In this document: piece after piece, positions 35,141 through 40,402 of the stretch
How positions within the stretch are numbered: position 1 is the first letter of the stretch
How the letters are laid out: the number at the start of each line of letters is the position of its first letter
The notes under the pieces: generated by a model
The model's input: only the letters and a program-made list of their open reading frames with translations
What the model was told of the DNA's origin: nothing
Databases searched by the model: none
Assembly (NCBI GenBank): GCA_043728105.1
Contig: JAYTMW010000057.1
Location: 1-40,402, forward strand
Source of the DNA: Saprospiraceae bacterium
GTDB lineage: Bacteria; Bacteroidota; Bacteroidia; Chitinophagales; Saprospiraceae
Length of the DNA: 40,402 bases
Direction of reading: 5' to 3'
Translations under genes and position numbers: made by a program

Positions 35141-35178
35141 TTATTAGTTATTAGTTATTAGTTATTAGTTATTAGTTT
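35137..35178 (+). repeat. Tandem heptad array (TTAGTTA) x6
   Basis: ttagtta repeated five times exactly, sixth unit ttagttt. Starts within the stop codon of the RHH gene. Confidence 0.9.
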
Positions 35179-35191
35179 GAAACGTGATTTT

Positions 35192-35253
35192 GCGTTTTGC
35201 AGTTTTGCAGTTTATCATTTTTACAGTTTTTCATTTAATCATTTTTGCAGTTA
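35192..35253 (+). repeat. CAGT-box array f: boxes at 35200, 35208, 35224, 35248, with degenerate GCGT/CATT boxes at 35192, 35216, 35232, 35240
   Basis: tgcgttttgcagttttgcagtttatcatttttacagtttttcatttaatcatttttgcagtt. Eight consecutive positions of one 8-bp register. Confidence 0.8.
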
Positions 35254-35374
35254 AGAAGCCTATTTTTCTATGTTTGATTAGCCTTATTTTTTGTTTTTGC
35301 TTAAAAAAGACAAAAATGTGGCTCAAATCTCGAAAAATACTGAGGGGGTAGGGGATAACGAACATAAAATTATT

Positions 35375-36361
35375 ATGGAAGAGAATTTATTTAATTTAGA
35401 TAATTTCAATAGCTTAGAACCTAAGAAAAATAGGACGAAAGCGGAAGGCGGGGTGAGCAAAATCACGCAGCGCATTCTTGAAGGTGCGGTTGCGGTGCGG
35501 TTGGATAGGGCGAGCATTGAAGATGCGATTTTTCAGCATTCGGTGTTGTGCCAAACGTTTTTGCCCTATCGCAACCCCGGTGACGAAACCAAAATTTGGC
35601 AACAAAAACAAGGCAATGTCAGTTTGGCGGTGCAAGCCAACCACGTTTTGAATCCTGAAACGGGCGAATTTGAGTTCGTGGGTCTGCCTTATGGGACAAA
35701 ATCCCGCTTGATTTTGGCGCATATCAACTCCGAAGCGGTGAAAACCCAGAACCGTTTGATTGACGTGGAGGAGAGTATGACCGCTTTTATCAAAAAATTG
35801 GGCTTGAATACCGATGGGCGAACCATCAAAGAAGCGAAGGAACAATTGCGCCGTTTGACCGCCTCAATTATCAGTATTGGTTATTCCGATGGTGAAAAAG
35901 GGATGCAAGTGGATTTAAAAATCGTGAAAGCCTTTGACCTTTGGTTTCCAAAAGACCAACGCCAACGGGTGCAATGGACTTCAAAAATCCAACTCACCGA
36001 AGAATATTTCACGAGTTTGATAAACCATGCGATTCCTTTGGACGAAAGGGCGTTGGCGGCGTTGTCTCATAATGCGATGGCACTCGATATATATGCGTGG
36101 CTTGCGCAGAGGTTGCACCGCATTGATTTTAATAAACCACAATTTGTTGCATGGCAAAACCTCAAAGAGCAATTCGGACAAGGCTATGACCGCATGGATA
36201 AGTTCAAAGAGGTGTTTCGCCGCACTTTGAAAATCGTGTTGACGCAATACCCGACTGCCAAATTGTCAGAGGATAAGAACAAAGGTTTTTATCTCTACAA
36301 TTCGCCTTCGCCGATTCCACCAAAGATTATTCACTTGATTGAAAACCCGCCAAAGTTCTAA
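35375..36361 (+). CDS. repA: Plasmid replication initiator protein (Replication initiator protein A / RPA-like RepA)
   Basis: The ORF track starts at 35291, but that extension reads through the 13-mer repeat. ATG at 35375 (MEENLFNL..) is preferred. LPYRNPGDE..GLPYGTKSRLILAHINSEAVKTQNRLIDVEESMTAFIKKLGL..DGRTIKEAKEQLRRL matches my recollection of the RPA family. Iterons follow directly. Confidence 0.75.
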   Translation: MEENLFNLDNFNSLEPKKNRTKAEGGVSKITQRILEGAVAVRLDRASIEDAIFQHSVLCQTFLPYRNPGDETKIWQQKQGNVSLAVQANHVLNPETGEFEFVGLPYGTKSRLILAHINSEAVKTQNRLIDVEESMTAFIKKLGLNTDGRTIKEAKEQLRRLTASIISIGYSDGEKGMQVDLKIVKAFDLWFPKDQRQRVQWTSKIQLTEEYFTSLINHAIPLDERALAALSHNAMALDIYAWLAQRLHRIDFNKPQFVAWQNLKEQFGQGYDRMDKFKEVFRRTLKIVLTQYPTAKLSEDKNKGFYLYNSPSPIPPKIIHLIENPPKF

Positions 36362-36683
36362 CGTGCAGTTTGGTGGAGTTTAGCCAAAAAAAAGGGATAA
36401 ATACTGAGGGGGTGACTTTTCCACGTGCAGTTTGGTGGAGTTTGGTTAAAAACAAGGGCATTTTAAGGCTTTTAAAAATAATCCACGTGCAGTTTGGTGG
36501 AGTTTAGGGGTAAAAAGGAGTAAGCGTGTCTTTATTCACGTGCAGTTTGGTGGAGTTTAGGTGAAAAAGCGATATTCCAACTATAACTCTTCCTTTCAAA
36601 AAGTTATTCACGTGCGGTTTGGGAGTATTATTACCAAAAAGCACGTGTAGTTTGGGATATACGTCACGTGCAGTTTGGTGGAC
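36360..36683 (+). repeat. Seven direct iterons (consensus CACGTGCAGTTTGGTGGAGTTTAG): candidate oriV
   Basis: Copies start at about 36360, 36422, 36484, 36538, 36609 (cacgtgcggtttgggag), 36642 (cacgtgtagtttggga) and 36665. All share one orientation, with spacings 62, 62, 54, 71, 33 and 23 bp. An AT-rich stretch with three CCTATA boxes follows (36687..36770). Confidence 0.85.
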
Positions 36684-36817
36684 AAACCTATATCTTGTTT
36701 TCCTATAATTATTTACCTATACAGGCGTTTGTTTTTAAAAAATTTTGAAAGAAAAAAGAAAAGTTAAAACATGGGGGCGGCGGCGGTTTTTTATAACTTT
36801 TTGAAAGGGTAGGGTAT

Positions 36818-36866
36818 AGTTAATGAGTAATAAGTAATAAGCAATGAGTGATAGGCAATGAGTAAT
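36818..36866 (+). repeat. Degenerate heptad array (RAGYRAT) x7
   Basis: agttaat gagtaat aagtaat aagcaat gagtgat aggcaat gagtaat. AGT-N4 periodicity, as in 35137..35178. Confidence 0.75.
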
Positions 36867-36986
36867 AAATCCATTTTTTGATTAGAAGCAATGAAAATAT
36901 GATGCCTTTGGCTTCATCAAGCTGAAAGCATGACTGAGGGGCCTCCTTTTTGAAAATGCTTACATTTGGAATATGCTTTCTTATAT

Positions 36987-37224
36987 CAGATATTTTTTTT
37001 AGGAAAAACGAAGAGGTAATTTCGCCCGTTCATCTTCTAACGTATCTTTTAGAATTTGGCGGAAGGACATTCATCCATATTTTAACTTTTAATCGCAAAG
37101 GTCATGTAAAAACGACCAAAATACTGAGGGGCCCCTTTTGCCAAATTTTAAAAGATACGTTAGAAGATGAACGGGGCAAATTACCTCTTCGTTTTTCTTA
37201 AAAAAAATATCTAATTTGGAAAAA
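36987..37224. mobile_element. MITE-like element, second full copy; almost the entire element is one long hairpin
   Basis: Ends cagatattttttttaggaaaaacgaagaggtaat / attacctcttcgtttttcttaaaaaaaatatctaatttggaaaa. Inner arms 37024..37061 versus 37140..37177. The centre carries aatactgaggggcc. Confidence 0.8.
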
Positions 37225-37473
37225 TCGAAAACCGCAGGTTTCGTTGTATAAAAAACAGGGTGAACGCCATTGATATAAAAAATCATCGTTTCAGTATAGA
37301 AAAACCACGATTTAGTCACTTTTTAAGGCGTATCAAGTCAATAACTGTTACTTTCATGCGTTAAAGACTGTACATTTGTCCTGTTAAATCCGTTATTCGT
37401 CGGATGAATACAAGATAAAATTTTCAATAACTTAATAAACAATACGAAATTAGCTAAAACCTATAAATTTATC

Positions 37474-40068
37474 ATGTTTAAGAAACCTAAAAGCAACATC
37501 CTTTTGAGGATTCATTTTTTTTGTGCCTTTTTCCTACTTACCATTACAGCGTTTGCTCAAAAAGCAACAATTGTAAGGGGACGAGTAACTGATGAAAAAG
37601 GCAAAGAGGCTTTGCCTTACGTCAATGTTCAATTCGATGGCACTTCCATCGGTGCAACGTCTGATATTGACGGCAATTTTTATTTAGAAACGAAAACCTC
37701 GGTTTCTAAGCTCAAAGTCTCCTACGTGGGCTATCGAACCCAAACGGTTGCCATAAATCAAGGTCAAATGAATGAAGTTTCCGTGAAATTGGTGGAAGGC
37801 TCAAACGATTTGCAAGTGTTGGAGGTGAAGGTTGCGAAGTATCGCAACAAAGGCAATCCCGCCGTTGAGTTAATCAAAAAAGTAATTGACCACAAAGATC
37901 AAAACCGCAAATCAGGTTTTAAATCTTACCAATACAACAAATACGAGAAGGTAGAATTTGCCCTAAACGGCATTTCGGACTCGTTTCGGAACAACCGTTT
38001 CATGAAAAAAGTGGATTTTGTCTTTCAAATTGCCGACACTAATAAGGCTTCGGGAAAAGTCAATTTACCGTTTTATTTGCGTGAACGTCTTTCAGATGTC
38101 TATTACCGCAAAGACCCAAAAGCTGAAAAAGAGCTTGTAAAAGGGGAACATACCACCAAAATGCCCGAGACTTTGGATGATGCGGGTATTTCCGATTACA
38201 TCAATAATCTTTATCAAGAGGTTGATATTTACAACAACCAAATTGAGTTGGTGCGGGTCAATTTTGTGAGTCCATTGAACCCCATTGCGCCTACTTTTTA
38301 CCGTTTTTACATCCAAGATACAAGCGTAGTGAAGGGCGTAAGTTGCGTGCATCTTTATTTTGCCCCCCGCAATAAAATGGATTTGGCGTTCATTGGTCAC
38401 ATGTGGGTGTCGTTGGAAGACTCATCTTATGCCGTCCGAAAAATAGAAATGGGTGTTCCAAAAGACATCAATTTGAATTTTGTGAGAGAAATGGAGATAC
38501 GCCAAGAATTTGATTGGGTAGAGACACCTGACAGTGTTGGTGGCGGTAAAAGTCGTGGCTTGATGCTGTCAAAAGACATTGCTTTAATGGATTTTGCGGT
38601 GGCAAAAGAAGGTCAAAAATCCATAATGGGTACGAAAACAGTCTCTTTTAAAGATTATCAAATCAATCAGCCTATCAAAAACGAGGTTTTTAATGGGTTA
38701 AATAAGGTGATTATGGTCGGTGAAGCTCGACATCAAGATGACTCATTTTGGGTTGAAAGTCGTCATGATTCACTTAACAAACATGAACAAGGCATCTTTA
38801 AAACGATGGATAGCCTCGATAATAGCAAGCCTTATCGGCGTTTTCTTTGGTACACTCATTTGCTGACGACGGGTTCTGCCCGAGTGGGCGTGGTTGATTT
38901 GGGGCCCATGATGTCGCTTTATAGTTTCAACCCCGTGGAAGGTTCGAGGTTTCGTTTAGGCGGTCGTACCAATCCAAGATTTAGCGAAACTGTATTGCTG
39001 GAAGGCTACGCAGCGTATGGTATGAGAGACAATCGTTGGAAGTATTTTGCAGGCGCACGTTTCTTTTTAGGGGGCAAAGCAACGGATAGAGATTCGTTGA
39101 CCCAAGCTCGAATCTGGTATCAAAACGATGTGCGGGTGCCTGGGCAAGACCTTCTTTTTATTCAAGAAGATGCGTTCTTTGCGTCATTTCGTCGAGGTGT
39201 CAACAACAAGATATTTTATCAGACTATGGCAGGTGTAGAGTTTCAAAAATTGGGAAATGGCATTACATATACGGTGGGTATGAAAAAACTCATCACTCGC
39301 CCTTCCGATTCGTTGATTTTTAACCGTGAGGTAGTGGATAGAACAACGCCAATACCGATTGAAAGCATTAATTCGACCGAATTGAACCTTAGTATTCGTT
39401 ATGCACCCAACGAAATTGTATATCAAGGAGCGAGAAATCGTCGGACTTTGCGGTCAAAATATCCGATTATTCAAGCGTGGTATTCTTACGGTATCAAAGA
39501 CTTTTTAGGCGGTGACTATGAATACCATAATCTTCGACTTAGAGCAAAAAAGACTTTTTATTTTCCCGTTGCGGGCTTTGCAGATGTGACCCTCGAAGGT
39601 GGAAAAGTATTTGGTCAATTGCCATATCCGTTGCTCATTCCGCACCGTGCCAACCAACTTTATTACAATATGGTTGACTCTTATAATTTGATGAATTTCT
39701 TAGAATTTGTGAGTGATAAATACGCTTCGGTCAACGTCTATTACAACATGGGCGGCTTTTTATTAAACCGTATTCCTTTGATTCGTCAGTTAAAATGGCG
39801 TGAAGCATTCACTTTCAAAGCTGTTTGGGGCAGTTTAGATGATAAAAATATACCAAGTAAAGAAAATGGCATGTTGCAATTTGCGAAAGCGGAAGACGGT
39901 AGCCCATATACTCATTCGTTGGAAAAAGCACCTTATATTGAAGCCTCTGTGGGCATTTCTAATATCTTCAAATTATTGCGTGTTGACTACATTCGCCGCT
40001 TGAATTATTTGAATTTGCCGAATGTAGATACTTGGGGTATTCGGGCGAGAATTGCTGTTTCTTTCTAA
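37474..40068 (+). CDS. DUF5686-like outer-membrane protein with carboxypeptidase-regulatory-like N-terminal domain
   Basis: 864-aa ORF with a signal peptide. IVRGRVTDEKGKEALPYVNVQFDGTSIGATSDIDGNFYLE. Length and architecture as I recall for DUF5686 proteins. C-terminal aromatic residue (..RIAVSF). Confidence 0.65.
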   Translation: MFKKPKSNILLRIHFFCAFFLLTITAFAQKATIVRGRVTDEKGKEALPYVNVQFDGTSIGATSDIDGNFYLETKTSVSKLKVSYVGYRTQTVAINQGQMNEVSVKLVEGSNDLQVLEVKVAKYRNKGNPAVELIKKVIDHKDQNRKSGFKSYQYNKYEKVEFALNGISDSFRNNRFMKKVDFVFQIADTNKASGKVNLPFYLRERLSDVYYRKDPKAEKELVKGEHTTKMPETLDDAGISDYINNLYQEVDIYNNQIELVRVNFVSPLNPIAPTFYRFYIQDTSVVKGVSCVHLYFAPRNKMDLAFIGHMWVSLEDSSYAVRKIEMGVPKDINLNFVREMEIRQEFDWVETPDSVGGGKSRGLMLSKDIALMDFAVAKEGQKSIMGTKTVSFKDYQINQPIKNEVFNGLNKVIMVGEARHQDDSFWVESRHDSLNKHEQGIFKTMDSLDNSKPYRRFLWYTHLLTTGSARVGVVDLGPMMSLYSFNPVEGSRFRLGGRTNPRFSETVLLEGYAAYGMRDNRWKYFAGARFFLGGKATDRDSLTQARIWYQNDVRVPGQDLLFIQEDAFFASFRRGVNNKIFYQTMAGVEFQKLGNGITYTVGMKKLITRPSDSLIFNREVVDRTTPIPIESINSTELNLSIRYAPNEIVYQGARNRRTLRSKYPIIQAWYSYGIKDFLGGDYEYHNLRLRAKKTFYFPVAGFADVTLEGGKVFGQLPYPLLIPHRANQLYYNMVDSYNLMNFLEFVSDKYASVNVYYNMGGFLLNRIPLIRQLKWREAFTFKAVWGSLDDKNIPSKENGMLQFAKAEDGSPYTHSLEKAPYIEASVGISNIFKLLRVDYIRRLNYLNLPNVDTWGIRARIAVSF

Positions 40069-40152
40069 TTATTTAGTTAGAATAATTTTTACAAAATATT
40101 GATAATCAACCCTTTGCGAGTATTTTTTATTGAAAATACTGAGGGGGTATAT

Positions 40153-40190
40153 AAAACTTTCTAAGCTGTCAAAGTTTAGAAAGTTTTTTT
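40153..40190 (+). terminator. Rho-independent terminator after the DUF5686-like gene
   Basis: aaaactttctaa - gctgtcaaag - tttagaaagtttt followed by a T-run. Confidence 0.65.
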
Positions 40191-40292
40191 GTTTAAGAAA
40201 ATTAGGTAGATAAACTTGTGATAAAAAAACTAATTTTGCAATGCAATGTAACGGCTGATTTATCTGCCGAAGTGCTTAGTTACATTCGGCAG

Positions 40293-40320
40293 ATAAATTC
40301 GACCTGTGCGATTAAAATTA
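40293..40320. repeat. Partial third copy of the left end of the nested palindromic element
   Basis: agataaattcgacctgtgcgattaaaat versus 3309..3334 ggataaatccgacctgtgcgattaaaac. Confidence 0.7.
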
Positions 40321-40402
40321 TAAAGTGCCGTAGGCACGGGTCATATTGTCATGCTTTCAGCTTGATGATGCTTTGCATTCATAGCGGCGGATTTCAATCC
40401 GC

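Noticed and set aside
35291-35374. N-terminal extensions given by the ORF track (35291 for repA, 7150 for the FG-GAP lipoprotein, 17452 for the TonB receptor, 23186 for the small ORF)
   Set aside because: The extensions run through repeat copies or overlap the upstream gene. Internal ATGs give proper signal peptides or lipoboxes (MRKIIYIF..LSAC; MIHKILLCSFF..) or a cleaner start (MEENLF..).
36476-36490. DnaA box near the iterons (taatccacg)
   Set aside because: It has two mismatches to TTATCCACA and overlaps an iteron, and no second box was found. It is too weak to call.
36360-36683. Regularly spaced 24-bp direct repeats that could be taken for a small CRISPR array
   Set aside because: Spacing is irregular (62, 62, 54, 71, 33, 23 bp) and the last copies are degenerate. 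There are no cas genes. The array starts at the stop codon of a RepA-type initiator, so iterons of a plasmid origin are the better explanation.

Overview
AT-rich Bacteroidota-type replicon segment, judged from a SusC/SusD pair, lipobox lipoproteins and TAnnTTTG-like promoter boxes. The left third is one minus-strand PUL-like locus: SusC, SusD, a CXXCH+FG-GAP protein, a 1.2-kaa FG-GAP/ASPIC-UnbV lipoprotein and two tandem esterase paralogs. The middle holds a TonB-dependent receptor operon with a C-N hydrolase and an Rpn-type nuclease gene. It also holds a minus-strand sugar-oxidation gene set (xylose-isomerase-like TIM barrel, two Gfo/Idh/MocA oxidoreductases, MFS transporter, DUF1080 protein). 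That set is interrupted by accessory inserts: a polymorphic lipoprotein with a tightly coupled small partner, a Bro-N protein and decayed gene fragments. The right part is a plasmid-type maintenance module (ParA, RHH ParG-like protein, RepA-type initiator, seven direct iterons) followed by a DUF5686-like outer-membrane protein. The most unusual content is non-coding. (1) A 13-17-mer, AAAATACTGAGGGGGT, occurs about once per 1.2 kb in both orientations, between genes and inside genes in several reading frames. (2) Seven arrays of CAGT tetramer boxes with strict 8-bp phasing, plus two 7-bp heptad arrays, surround the par/rep genes. (3) Two paralogous lipoprotein genes share a 5' module in which a perfect hairpin carries an in-frame TAA inside the signal-peptide region. 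(4) Intergenic DNA is a patchwork of nested palindromic elements and MITE-like elements. No rRNA, tRNA or CRISPR array was seen. All product calls rest on motif recognition by eye; no searches were run.
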